Source: Eledone cirrhosa
Taxonomy: Eukaryota
NCBI GenBank assembly: GCA_964016885.1
Contig: OZ024742.1
Span: 217,248,001 to 217,312,000 of the forward strand
Direction: 5' to 3'
Length of the DNA: 64,000 nt
The notes under the pieces: generated by a model
What the model saw: only the letters and a program-made list of their open reading frames with translations
Told to the model about the DNA's origin: nothing
Databases searched by the model: none
Shown here: positions 14,276 through 27,855 of the stretch, piece after piece
How positions within the stretch are numbered: position 1 is the stretch's first letter
Layout of the letters: each line of letters opens with the position of its first letter
Made by a program: the position numbers and the translations under genes

Positions 14276-14548
14276 CATACACATATATACCTACACACAC
14301 ACATATATACCTACACACACACATATACAACTCAATATATATATATATTCAACTATCTATCTAAGGCGGGTAAAATTCCCGAGATCCATAGACGAGTTCT
14401 CTCCAGCGGTCTCTGTCCCTCATTATCGCTGCCATGTCCTACATGGAGACACTAGAAGAGGAAGACCAAGGTTAACGTATGTTGATGCCCTAAGGACAGA
14501 CACTGGTCTGTTGGAGACGCAGGATATATATATATATATATATATATA

Positions 14549-15462
14549 TGAGAAAGAACATAAATATTATAAAATAAATATTTTATATATAAAAAAAATT
14601 TTGGAATACGACAAATAATAAATAAAAATATATATATATTTAGAAAAGGGTATAAATGCCCATAGCAGACCTAGAGCCCTCAACAAGTTCATGGAGCAAA
14701 AGATCAATGAAAATAATCATCCGAGAACAAATCCAGGATGCAGTTGCAGGAAGCCGGATGAATGCCCATTGCAGGGCAAATGTAACACCAAATCTGTTGT
14801 TTATGAGGCTAAAATAACACCTTTAATCAACAACCAGCCAGCCAGGAGTGAGCGATATGTCGGCATGACCCAGGACAGGTTTAAAACCAGGTTTTACTCA
14901 CATGTCGCTTCTTTTAAGCACTCCGATAAACGAACAACAACGGCCCTTGCAAGCAAGGTGTGGGAATTCAAGGATAAAAACATCCCGTACTCTATCGATT
15001 GGTCTATTTTAGACCATTCGAGGGAGTACCAAAGGGGCACAAAGAATTGTTCTTTGTGTACCACAGAAAAATATAGGATTTTGCTAAATTTGAAAGCCAC
15101 TTCTGCTTGCCTGAACTCAAAGACCGAGATCTTCAGATGTTGTCCTCATCTGAAATCACATCTGATCTGTAACTGGATTGACATTCCTATGATAACTCAA
15201 CCGCCTTGAACTCCTTCTCTGCTCTTTACTTTTACTACGGTTTTTTTACCTGCTGAATCCACGTTCTGTACTCTTGTATTCTCTTTCTCCCTTATCTCCC
15301 CTTATATTTAAACCTTTTCCCCCCTATTTTTTTGCCTTACGCTTCACATACCAAACATTTTTTTATTTTTAGATATTAAATTTTATATAATGGTTTTGTG
15401 TGTTTTTATATAATAGCCTCAGAAAAGGCTTGAGCTCTGCCGTAGGGGCAGGCTTCTTCCTA

Positions 15463-15530
<68 letters not shown>

Positions 15531-15850
15531 CGTTTTTGTATGTGTGTTTGCATTTCTGTGGTTCCCCAACCACAGAAATTGTTTGTGTGTGTGTATGTAT
15601 ATATATTTATGTGTGCGTGTGTGTGTGTGTGTGTGTATGTATAAGGGTGTATGTATGTGCATCATTATATATAGTGATTTGATAATTCTTTTCATTGATC
15701 TTTTACTCCATGAACTTGTTGAGTGCTCTAGGTCTGCTATGGGCATTTATACCCTTTTCTAAATATATATATATTTTTATTTATTATTTGTCGTATTCCA
15801 AATTTCTTTTTATATATAAAATATTTATTTTATAATATTTGTTCTTTCTC
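14549..15850 (+). mobile_element. 5'-truncated Penelope-like retroelement with inverted pseudo-LTR
   Basis: ~14549-14717 is the reverse complement of ~15685-15850. It encloses a GIY-YIG coding fragment and is flanked by (TA)n on both sides. Confidence 0.8.
14691..15209 (+). pseudogene. C-terminal GIY-YIG endonuclease domain of a Penelope-like element (possibly Naiad clade)
   Basis: CSCRKPDECPLQGKC..SVVYEA..RYVGMT..FKTRFYSH..CSLCTTEK..LNSKTE..CPH: VVY/YVG strands, catalytic R, H, E, N and Cys-rich flanks. The ATG comes from the inverted pLTR; no RT is present. Confidence 0.8.
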
Positions 15851-15991
15851 ATATATATATATATATTGAGTTATATATGTATATGTATGTGTGTGTGTGT
15901 GTACGTATGCATACGTATGTGTATGTATATATGTGTGTGGAGGTATATATGTGTATGTTAGTAAGTATGTATGTGTATGTATGTGTATGCG

Positions 15992-16034
<43 letters not shown>

Positions 16035-16036
<2 letters not shown>

Positions 16037-17090
16037 TATAGTCCTCCAAGCCATAACAGAGGAGTTTAAGACTGGCTGTCCATGGGAACTTCTCTATGCT
16101 GACGATCTGGTTCTTATAGCAGAATCAGTAGAGAAGCTAGAGAAGCTAGAGAATAAATTCTGGCTATGGAAACAGCAGTTGGAAGCAAGAGGACTGAGAG
16201 TGAATCTAGCTAAGACAAAAGTGTTGATGAGTAGAAAAGAGGACAAAACCTTGATTTCGTCAGGGAAATGGCCATGTTTGATATGCAGAACTGGCATAAA
16301 TTCTATAAAATGCACATAATGCAGATCCTGGGTACACAAGAGATGTAGCGGGATAGCAGGCAAACTAACAGGTAGGGAGAAATATGTATGCAGTAGATGT
16401 ACAGGGAAATTAGACAGTAGAAGTCGCATTGATAGACACATTTTTCAAATGCAGGAGGGCGCTATAGAAGTGGTGGATAGCTTCTGGTACCTAGGAGATC
16501 AGATTAGCATGGGAGGAGGGTGTTCCAAGGCCATAGTATCTAGAGGACGGGTTGGAAGAAGTTTAGGGAGCTGCTTCATCTGTTGACGAAGAAGGGTTTC
16601 TCCCTGCGTACGAAAGGCCAGTTGTATGATGCCTGTGTGAGGAGTGCGATGTTGCATGGTAGTGAGACATGGGCAGCAATTGCAGAGGATATGCGACGGC
16701 TGGAGAGAAATGAGGCAAGCATGCTCCGTTGGATGTGCAGTGTAAATGTGCGTGAACGACCCAGCATAAATGTGTTGAGAGAGAAACTGTGTCTGAGAGG
16801 GATAGAATGTAGTGTACGGGAGAGGAGACTGATGTGGTATGGACATGTGATGCGCATGGAGGATGACCGATGGGTGAAGAAGTGCCAGGAAATGCCAGTT
16901 GAAGGAAGACGTGGTAGAGGTAGACAACGAAAAACATGGGCGGAGGTGGTGAGAACAGACCTCAGATCATTGAAGCTCACGGTGGCGATGACGAAGGACC
17001 GTGACAAGTGGAGAGATGCTGTGCTGAATAAGACCCGTCCCACCCTTGCAAGCAGGGAAAAGCGGACGTAAAATGATGATGATGATGATG
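16035..17090 (+). mobile_element. 5'-truncated RTE-clade LINE
   Basis: [14 protein letters not shown] motif, Cys-rich insert, RRLMWYGHVMR..GRPRKTW-like C-terminus, stops and frameshifts, (GAT)n tail. Confidence 0.9.
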
Positions 17091-17138
17091 ATTTTAGAGT
17101 TAAATAAGGTTCATATGAATTATCTAAGAATGAGTTTT

Positions 17139-17182
<44 letters not shown>

Positions 17183-17248
17183 TTGTATTTGGTTGTGCGT
17201 GTTTGTGATATGTACGTAGTTGTATGTGTATAATTGTATGGCTATGTA

Positions 17249-17319
<71 letters not shown>

Positions 17320-17831
17320 ATATGTGTGTGTATATATGTATATATGTGTGTGTGTGTGTGTGTATGTATGTGTTTATGTATTTGTATATGTATATTTATG
17401 TGTGAGAGTGAGTATGTATTTATTTTTACGTATGTATGTGTACGTGCATTCGTGTGTTTTTTCATTTATTTGTTGCCTGTATCGCTGTCAACTTTATAAT
17501 AGTCTTTATTTTCTTTTTTGTCTTTTATATTTTTTCTTATATTTATTTGCGTGTGTGAATATGTAGAGGTGTGTGTATATACGTATGATTGTGTGTATGT
17601 ATGTATGTATATGTATGTGTGTATAGCTGTGTATGTGTATGCATATATATATATATATATATATATTTATATTTCTATATATATATATGTGTGTATATAT
17701 ATGTGTGTGGTTGTATATATGTATGTGTATGCATGGATATGTTGATATTTATGCGTGTATGTATGTATATGTATGTGTATGTATATATATACACATATAT
17801 ATATGTATATGTGTGTGTGTATGTATGTGTG

Positions 17832-17872
<41 letters not shown>

Positions 17873-18092
17873 ATATAATTGTGTGTGTGTGTGTTTGCAT
17901 GTGTGTTTTTATTTTATTTTTCCTTTCCTTCTTCCTTCTCCAGCCTCTTTCATATAGATTGCATTTTTGTTTTTAGAATCCAATATCAATAAATACACCA
18001 GGATTTTTTTCATTCTGATGATTGAAAGCCACACTTTTTTGCTTTTAAGAAACCACTGGTAAATGGAATAATTGCCTTATGTTGTTTATTAC

Positions 18093-18097
<5 letters not shown>
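17091..18097 (+). mobile_element. Right arm of the diverged inverted repeat (hammerhead-bearing)
   Basis: Reverse complement of ~13169-14234; ends in (TA)n. Confidence 0.75.
18008..18068 (+). ncRNA. Type I hammerhead ribozyme, family B
   Basis: Stem I 18008-18014/18062-18068, CTGATGA 18015-18021, 8-bp stem II, GAAA 18049-18052, stem III ACC-act-GGT, cleavage after A18061. Confidence 0.85.
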
Positions 18098-18184
<87 letters not shown>

Positions 18185-18258
18185 ATATATATATATGCGT
18201 CTGTGTGTATATATATGTTTTTACGTGTGTGTGTGCGTGTGTGTATATATATATATAT

Positions 18259-18768
18259 GTATCTTACTAAACAAATCTTGTATTTTTGTTTACGTTCGTT
18301 AAATACTAGGATCTAACTTAAAAATATTCTATTCTTCTCATATACAAATATTTTAAAGATATTTGATACTTCAAACACTTAACAATATTTTAAATATATT
18401 TGTTATTATTTCAAACCCTTAATTCCCGCTCCCTAATATCTTCTCCACCACACTCTACAACATGCGGTCAACCCCCCCCCCCCCTCTCTCTCTATCCATA
18501 TACATATATAAGATAAAGTAATTCACTTTCGCCAATTTGTGGCAGATTCTCTTTCATGGTAAAATGTAATGTACTCATTTTTCTAGCTTTCTAACATCCG
18601 CTTATTCCATAGTCCTTCCAAACCTATTTCCTCCTGTATTTTCCAAAACAAATCTCTTGTATTTTGTCCTGATTGTAAAATACGAAAGTTTTTGGCGTAT
18701 CTTACTAAACAAATCTTGTATTTTTGTTTACGTTCGTTAAATACTAGGATCTAACTTAAAAATATTCT
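18259..18768. repeat. 72-bp direct repeat pair (18259-18330 and 18697-18768)
   Basis: gtatcttactaaacaaatc...aaaaatattct occurs twice, identical by eye. Confidence 0.85.
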
Positions 18769-18779
18769 TCTCGCTAACA

Positions 18780-21290
18780 ACTCAACACCCCTCCCTCCCC
18801 CACGCACCACCATTATTATCACGTGGACCAATCATAAGCCAGAGGCCTATACTATCGCTTACCTGGTCGCCTTCGGTATGTAGGTTGGAAGGACTACGGA
18901 GTTCCGGAGAGTTGAAGAGAGAAAAATCTGGACGCTCAGCGACAATGCCAAAGTTAAAGACAAACACACCTCATGGACGAGAATGCGAACATGCCTCTTT
19001 GTTTCGGCCACGGATGGCAAACACAACCCCATCTCCCCCCGCTCCACACATTTCCCACCCCCCAAACGCAATCCAAAACTTCAGATTTGGTACCTTGAAT
19101 GTAGGCACCTTAAAGGGTCGCTCTAACGAGGTTGTAGAAATGCTTGAACGTAAGGAGGTCGATGTTTGTTGTATTCAAGAGACCAGGTGGAGGGGTGGAT
19201 CTGCTAGATTCATTGTGGGTAGAAAACGATGTTATAAGCTTTTCTGGGTGGGAAATGAAAATGGGCTGGGTGGGGTAGGAATCATGGTAGCAGAAAAGTG
19301 GGCAGATAAGATAATAGACGTAAATAGAGTGAACGACAGAATAATTAAAATAAGACTTGTGCTCAATAGAACCATGGTGACAGTAATATCCGCGTACGCA
19401 CCCCAATCCGGACTGCCCAGCACTATAAAAGACAGATTCTATGAGACACTGATGCTCACTACCTCCCAAATAACCGACAGTGACTATATAATTATTGCAG
19501 GCGACCTAAACGGTCACGTTGGACAACATTGTGACGGCTACGACGAAATCCATGGAGGCTATGGGTTTGGTACTAGAAATGAGGAAGGCTCCAGAATCCT
19601 GGAATTCTGTGACGCAAATAACCTAACTATCTGCAACACTAACTTCAAAAAACGAGACAATCACTTGATCACCTAGAGATCAGGGGAACATACCAGCCAG
19701 GTAGATTATATCCTTACCAGAAGACGTGACAAAGTGACTGTTGTAAACACTAAATCCCTCCCCCATGAAGAATGCACCTCCCAACATAGACTGATAATTA
19801 GCGACCTAATAGTCAGGACGAGACGTACTAGGCAACAGAAGAGGACTACCCTCAGGAGAAAAATATGGAAGCTAAAGGACCCCACAGCCAAAAATAAATT
19901 CCAAAGCATATTACTTGATGCTTTCGACAGTAAGGAAGAGCAAATAGAGTCGTACAAGGTAGAGGAACAGTGGGAATTCCTGAAAGCAAACCTGCTGACG
20001 GCGACAGACGAAGTCTGTGGCTGGAGCAGGCCTGTAGGCAGGAGGAGAGTAACATGGTGGTGGAACAGTAAGTTGGAGGGGTCAATTAAGGCCAAAAAGC
20101 AGGCTTGGAAAGTATGGCGGGATGGGGGAAGCAGAGAAGACTATCAAGTGGCCAGGAGGGAAGCTAGGAGACAAGTGTACTTCGCAAGAAGGGAAGCAGA
20201 GGAAAGAAAGTTCAAGCATGTTCTACAGCGTGAGGACCAAAAACGTGAGGTGTTCAGGATTGCTAGGCAATGTGTCAAGGAAAACAGTGATATTGTCGGG
20301 GAGAAGTGTGTACTTAACGATGACGGCGTACTTGCCATCACCGACGCCGATAAGAAGGTAGCTTGGAAGTGTCACTATGAAAGGTCACTATGAAAGGCTA
20401 CTAAATGAGGAGAATAAATGGGAGAAAGACAGTCTCCCCCACATCGACCCAATAGAGGGACCAGCAGTGTTAGTCGAGGGTAGTATAATAAGTAAGGCAA
20501 TCAAAGATATGAAGACAGGCAAGGCGGCTGGGCCTTCGGAAATAGTTGCCGAGATGCTGAAGGCATCTGGTACGGTGGGACACACCATGGTCACCCGGAT
20601 AGTCAACCAAGTCATACAGAATGGGGTTGTTCCGAAGGACTGGCGTAGCAGCATTATCGTTAACTGTTATAAGGGTAAAGGAGATGCCCTAGATAGGAGT
20701 AACTATAGAGGCATTAAATTAATCGACCAGGTCATGAAGGTCACGGAAAAAGTAATAGCGCAACTAATCAGAGAGCGAATTGACCTAGATGAAATGCAGT
20801 TCGGGTTTGTGTGAGGAAAAAGTACCACAGACGCTCTTTTCATTGTACGACAACTACAGGAGAAGTACCTAGCTAAAAGTAAACCCCTATACTTAGCTTT
20901 CGTCGACTTGGAGAAGGCCTTCGACAGAGTCCCCCGTTCCATTATCTGGTGGGCTCTTAGAAAACTAGGTGTTGATGAATGGCTTGTGAGAGCTATACAA
21001 GCCATGTATAAAGAAACAGTCAGCAAGGTTAGAATTAACAACGAATATAGTGAAGAGTTTAGTGTAAAAGTTGGTGTTCATCAGGGCTCTGTTCTTAGCC
21101 CCCTACTATTTATTATTGCCCTCCAGGCTATAACAGTGGAGTTCAAGACCGGCTGCCCATGGGAACTCCTATACGCAGATGATCTAACGCTCATAGCTGA
21201 ATCAATGGCCGAGCTAGAGAAGAAATTCCAAACATGGAAGCACGGCCTAGAATCAAAAGGCCTTAAAATTAACCTGGCTAAGACTAAAGT
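18780..21290 (+). mobile_element. RTE-clade LINE, APE endonuclease plus RT, 3'-truncated and disrupted
   Basis: GTLNVGTL..CCIQETRW..SAYAPQ..GDLNGHVG (APE); NYRGIKL, QGSVLSPLLF, YADD (RT). Stops at ~19675 and ~20813 and a 13-bp duplication frameshift near 20371-20396. Confidence 0.92.
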
Positions 21291-22369
21291 TTCCACAAAC
21301 ATTTCTTGTAGCTTCTGTCTGTTTAGTACACAATATACATATTATATATGCATATATACATGTACACAGACACATACAAATGCCCATACATAATATATAT
21401 ATATATTTGCCACTCCACCTACACTGAGCCTCCAGACTCATACCTTCAAAGAGAACAGCACCTCATCTTCTCTCTCCAAACTTTTACCCCTATCAGCCTA
21501 GTGGTACCACTCCTTCTCCAGTCTTCTCCTTCCCCACACCCGCTTGCCATCTACTTGCACATCAACACACATGCACTATCCCCAGCACCATATGACAACT
21601 TTCACCAACACACCCACTCCAACATGCACATAAATACATTAGCATACTTCTAAACATGCACATAGACACAAACACACGAGCACACACACACTGATGACAC
21701 ACAGATATTAATAAAACAGATACTCACCCAAACTACTACATACACAAACACACACATCACAACACCAGCACAGATGAGCACACACACTGGTATCACACAT
21801 ACAGGACAAACTGTACACACTCACAAGTAAACATATACACATCAGAACAGGCAGACATGCATACATACTCACACATGAAGTTACCCCCAACACACATAGG
21901 CTCCAGCAATGCACAACAAATACACTAAAACACATGCATAGGTAAAAACCACACACACATGAATTAGCTGTGATCATAAACACACACTCAGACTGAACAA
22001 ACACCCAGTATTATAGTTATAGTTTGTAAACACATTACAGCTATAGTAAACAGTATTGCAGTTATAGTATATATACAGTATTAGTTATTGGAACAGTATT
22101 ATGTTATTGTTATAGTTACAGTAAACAGTTTCTGCTATAGTTTTAATAAACACTATTACTGTTATAGATACATTACAAAGCTTTACAGTTATAATAATAG
22201 TATACTGTATTATCATTTTAGCATTAGGAAACTGTATTACAGTCTTAGTTATAATATACTGTTACAGTTATAATAAACAGTATTACATTTATTGTATTAC
22301 AGTTTTGGGTATATCTATTAACAAGTTGATATAACACAATTATTCAATTGATACCACATGATTAATTAG

Positions 22370-22640
22370 TTTAACTAACATGACTAATTGATTAAACTAA
22401 CACTACTAATTAATTAAACTAACACTACTAATTAATTAAAGTAACACAACCAATTCATTAAACTGATACAACCAATTCATTAAGCTAACACAACCAGTTC
22501 ATTAAACTAACACTAGTAATTAATTAAACTAACATTACTAATTAATTAAACTAACATGATTAATAGATTTAAACTAATGCCATTAATCAGTTGAGCTAAT
22601 GTGATTAATCAATTGAAATGTAAACTTGACAATTAATTAA
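22370..22640. repeat. Degenerate ~23-bp AT-rich minisatellite
   Basis: Repeated aattaattaaactaacactact-like units. Confidence 0.7.
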
Positions 22641-23049
22641 ACAAACACAATAGTTAATTGATTTAACTTAAATATTAACTTGAATAATTATTTGGACCAT
22701 CTTAATTTATTAGAGCAACATTACTAATTAGTAGAATTAATATGTCTAATTAATTGAACTAATATGATTGTTCAAATTTTTCTAAAGATTATTAGACTGT
22801 TGTCATGCTGGGGCACCACAATATGGACCCCAACACTTAATTCTTCTAGTCTGTTACCCAACAAGTACACATCCATACAACGATACCCTACCCGTTTGGC
22901 AATATACACCACCACAAACTGAACCACATACACACAACACCACCACCACTACCACCACCACCATCATCATCATCAACAAAATATACACCTTTCCAACACA
23001 AACACAAACAAAACATTTTATAGTGACCCATAAAAACAACTCTGAATTT

Positions 23050-23500
23050 CCCAGGTCTTTTATATTCTTGTCCAATCTTTTGAATTCTGTCAGTTTTTAT
23101 CACCTCGTCCCATGTTTTTCTTGGTCTACCCACTCCGTAGCTTCCATCAATTTTCATTGCCCTGCACTGTTTTATACAGCTATCGTCCTTCATACGCAAC
23201 ACATGTCCACACCAACGCAATCTCCTCTCCAGAACACAACATTTGATACCTCTTATGCTCAGTCTTTCTCTCAATTCGCTTATGCTTCGCCGTTCGCATA
23301 CATTACTATTACACATCCACCAGAACATGCAAGCTTCATTTCTTTCTAATCTACGTAATTCTTCAGCAACACAATGCCCAGGTCTCACTACTATGTAATA
23401 TCGCCATTCATATACAAGCATCATACAATCTGCCTTTCACTTTTAGAGAAAAACCCCTTGTGGCCAACATCGGTGTTAGCTCTCTGAACTTTTTCTACCC
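23050..23500 (-). mobile_element. RTE LINE 3' ORF remnant
   Basis: RRLERNEACM..ERRLRWCGHVLR..GRPRKTWDEV on the minus strand. Confidence 0.8.
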
Positions 23501-23940
23501 CGTTCTATATATACATATATATCTTCTCATTTGGTATAAACACACACGGATACAAACAGTCATACAAGCTTATACACACACACAAACACACTCACATATA
23601 CACACTCAAACACACACTGATAACAATCATAAACACACATAAATCACAGACACACACACTCCCGTTGACAATACACAAAACACATACAGATACACACACA
23701 CAAAGGAAAAATAACATCAATGGCACACATACTCATGAAATGCACTCCATCTGCACAAACATAATTACCAATGAGAGACTCGGACTCTCCGCCTCATCCC
23801 CCACATCAGACCTGCCCATCTCACCCATGCTAATACAACTTTGCTTTTCTCGATGAAAGACAAATGTTCGATATGTTGAAACATTCATTTTCCTTTTCTA
23901 ACAAGTGTGAAACTAATAAAACTTATTGTATCTCTGTGTT

Positions 23941-23988
<48 letters not shown>

Positions 23989-23990
<2 letters not shown>

Positions 23991-24224
23991 AGTAAGTATG
24001 TTTTGAAACAGTGAGCAGGTTTGAAATTAGAAAATAGAATAGCTTTCACCGTATTTTTGACTAAAGGAATTTTAGCCTGATAATGGGGTTTAGAACCCTC
24101 AGATAAATGGAAAAAGATGAGTATTAACGTACATGGGAGTCGAACCCACATCTTTTTCCATTTATCTGAGGGTTCTAAACCCCATTATCAGGCTAAAATT
24201 CCTTTAGTCAAAAATACGGTGAAA
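23989..24224. repeat. Fold-back insertion in (TA)n: 76-bp arms at 24044-24119 and 24149-24224
   Basis: Perfect reverse-complement arms; the spacer contains a B-box-like GGTTCGACTCCC on the minus strand. Confidence 0.85.
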
Positions 24225-24829
24225 TATATATATATATATATTGCTCCAGTTTACTCAGCTGTAGAAATGAGAAGATAGGGACTGAGGTCCCAGTCCCTGT
24301 CATTCCACTGCCATGTAGTCGTGTAGGTGCCACGGAAAAAAGCACCCAGCACTCACTGTAAATGAGGTTGGTGTTAGGAAAGGCATCCAGATGTAGAAAT
24401 CAAGCCAGAATCAGTTCCCGTCCCACCCTTGCAAGCAGGGAAAAGTGGACGTAAAATGATGATGATGATTATATATATATATATATATCATCATCATCAT
24501 CATCGATTTATGTCCATTCTTCCACGCTAGCCTGGGTTAGGCGAGTTGTCCTGTTGTGGGTAATGCTAGGTCAGGTGACCATGTCTTGCTCATACAGAAC
24601 TAATTCTGGCTTGGTTTCTACAGCAGGATGACCTTCCTAACACCAGCCTCATTTACAGTGAGTACTGGGTGCTTTTTGTTGTGATGCCTACACAACCACT
24701 TTATAAATATATTGAGAGAGAAAGACACACTCACATAGATACATATATATAACCTATGCTGGCATGGAAAAATGGATGTAAAACAATGATGATGATACAT
24801 ACATAGTATTGTAACTACAAAGTTACTGA

Positions 24830-25375
24830 AAGAGTCATAGCAAAACTGATAAGATATAGAATTAACTTAGATACGATACAGCTTGGCATTGTACCAGAAA
24901 AAAGTACTACTGATGCCAGCTTCCTTGTGAAGTAAACTTTTCAACCTAGAATTCATTGACTTGAAAGAAAGGTTCTGAGAGGATGCCTCACTCCATAATC
25001 TGGTGGGCTCTTCAGAAATTAGGGTTAGATGGCGTGTGAATGGCTTGAATAGAGGTGTAGTCCACAAGGTTGGAGTTAAAAATGAATACAGCAATAAATG
25101 GGAGTCCACCAAGATACAGCCCTAAGTCTTAGTTCTCAGCCTCTATATGAATTTGTGGCAGAATTAGAGAAGAAATTTCAGGCAGGAAGCAAAGCCTGGA
25201 TTTGAAAGTCAGAATAAACTTAGTAAAGATTAAAATCCTAATAATAAAGAAAGAAAAGGGCTTGACCCCATCAAGGAAATAGCCATGCTCTATATGCAGA
25301 CAAAAAGTTAGTGAAAATTCCATACTGTGTACAAAATGTAAATTATGCGTACACAAGATATATAGCAATATCACA
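24830..25375 (+). mobile_element. Highly degenerate RTE LINE RT remnant
   Basis: Recognisable decay of the QFGFVPGKSTTDA...KWPCSIC...WVHKRC region seen in the other copies. Confidence 0.55.
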
Positions 25376-27855
25376 TAAAGAGGAGTACCGTAACCTTGTA
25401 AGTACCCACCAATTTTACAGATCTACACCACCACCATTCTCAGTTAACAGTCGTAACTCCCGCACTTCAAGGCCATCCCCAATATTTGCATCATCATCGT
25501 CGTTTAACGTCCATCTTCAACGCTATCATGGATTAGACGGGTTTGTTCCATTTGATGCAGGGATGGTCGGGAGACCATGCCTCACACGCACGGAAGCGTC
25601 TCTGGCAGGTTTTTTTACAGCTGGATGCCCTTCCTAACACCAACCACATTTACAGTGTGGACTGGGAGCCTTTTCACCATGTCTCCTACACGGCCACCTT
25701 ACAGTGTGGACTGTTGTGTTATCGACACAGTGGATGGAATGGGAGAGGGGGGATGAGGTAGAGGGGTGGGGGGTGGGGTGTACATTGGGTTAAGAGGTGC
25801 ATATATATATATATATAATGTCGGGTCACTCTTGAGTGCTACAGGTAACACGTAACCCAGTACAGCCTGTCGCATGGTCGGGTCGTCGGCAACTAAACTG
25901 GCAACCCCACCAAGTTTACTTGGTGAGGAGGGTGATTTTGGACACCCTGCAGGTCAAAAAACAAAACCTGACACAGGGCGGAAGAACTCATAAGAGTCAA
26001 CGGCCATCCGAAAGTGTGTAAATATGTATATACTCATGTACTACATGGTTAAACCACTGGGAGTGAAGAACCCCTAGCCTTTGTCAGGGCATTCTTCTAG
26101 GAAAAGGCAACTCAGGAAACTGGGATAACTCCGATATAAAACCTGTGGCTCAGTAGTTACCGATGATGTTGATCTTTTCTTCTTTTCAAGTTATAGCTAC
26201 TGTCACTCAGAGAGTGGGATTGGCTCAGTGCACAGTTTTTCCTCACTTTAAAAAATATCTTCACGCACAGGCATTGCACGATAGAATTAATTAATAATTA
26301 TTAATAATGGTATATCGTACAATGGCCATACTCGATAACAAGGGGGCAGCCATCATATATCAACATCATTTTACGTCTGCTTTTCCCTGCTTGCACACGC
26401 ACACCAACACATGTATATTTGGAGTAAACACCTATGTGCTGAAGGTACTGCTGTACAAAATTAACTAAGTTTAATATTGTGACTAGGAACCAGATATTTC
26501 TCAAAAGTTAATCACATTTGAAGACACTCCTCTCTATATTTTACGTACCATTAGTCTTTGATCATGAGCCAAATTTAATGGTTTACTTTCTTGGCGGCTT
26601 CTGATAACTTTCTCAAAAGATGTTTTCTAGCCTTTGTGGTTTGTCCAAGTCTGCTGAGCAGTGAGTCAACTCTGCTTCAAACAAATATTGACACCTGAAG
26701 ACATGATGCCTTCTATCTATTGTTTTTACAACCAGCTCTCTGTATTTTTTTACTTTCCTATCAAATCTGTCACTGATATTTGCTTCCCAAATGACTCTGC
26801 TCTACCATCTTTACAATAACCTTTTCCTTGCACCATATGATGAAGTTAGGTTTTTTTTATGGTTAAAAGAAGGAAGTGATATTTATTGTCAAGGTCAACT
26901 GAGACATCTTAAATCCACACTTATTTTGAATTATTTTTCTTCCTCCCAGTGGCTGGCTTGCAATGTTCCTCCCTTTTCCACTACTTGTGGTCTTTCACCA
27001 TTGTTAATTCTCTTTACCTCCTCTTCCACTGCAACACACACACAAATATATGACAGGCCTGCTCAGTTTCCACATCTTAAATTCACTAACAAGACAGTGA
27101 TCAAAGAAACCTGCCCAAAAATACTTGTCTAGAAGACACTTACCCAAGGTGGTGCACAATGGGATTGACGTAGAGATTATGAACAGATAAAAAAATTATA
27201 CAGCATTTGACAGACATGTGCATCTTAATTATTGAACCACATCTATAGTCTGTAAAAACAAAGCCTTTTATAAGAACTGAATTTTATGTGCTTGCCAGAT
27301 GGCCTCAAATATTCTATCTACTGACCAAAATTTCTCTTTCTCATACAAACAACAGGTGTATCCTGTGTGGTTAAGATGTTCACTTTGTTATACCATCGTT
27401 CCAGATTTTATTACACTGCAGCACCTTCAGCAAGTATATTCTACCATAGTCTCTAATAAACCCAAGTCTTGTGAGGCAAATTAAGTAGACAAAATTATGC
27501 AAAAGCCTGTTGAATGTATTGTAACTACTTTTGGATGGTAGACTAAATCCATTGTCCATTTTAACACTACTAACTGCATCTCATGCGAGTTTAGTGGAGT
27601 ACACTCACAAATTCAGACCAACTCTCAGGTCTAATGATAACACATGCAAATGTCAGTACTTCCTTCCATTTCCCTACTAATATCAGGGGCCTTACAAAAC
27701 ATATATTGGCACTGCTCTTCGTCTAAATGAGCAATAAAAAAAAACATTGAAATACTATTTAATAGGTTAGATTCATCTTGTGTAGTATTAATCTTTTGTG
27801 TACAACTGTTATACTGTTATAAGAGATCAAGAAATATGAGAAAACTTGTCCTCAC

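Noticed and set aside
24075-24115. CTGATAA-stem-GATA hammerhead-like motif
   Set aside because: Two core deviations without compensation, and no stem III.
25818-25905. Possible HDV-like ribozyme at the start of a LINE-5'UTR-like segment
   Set aside because: I could not build P1 and P1.1 consistently by eye.
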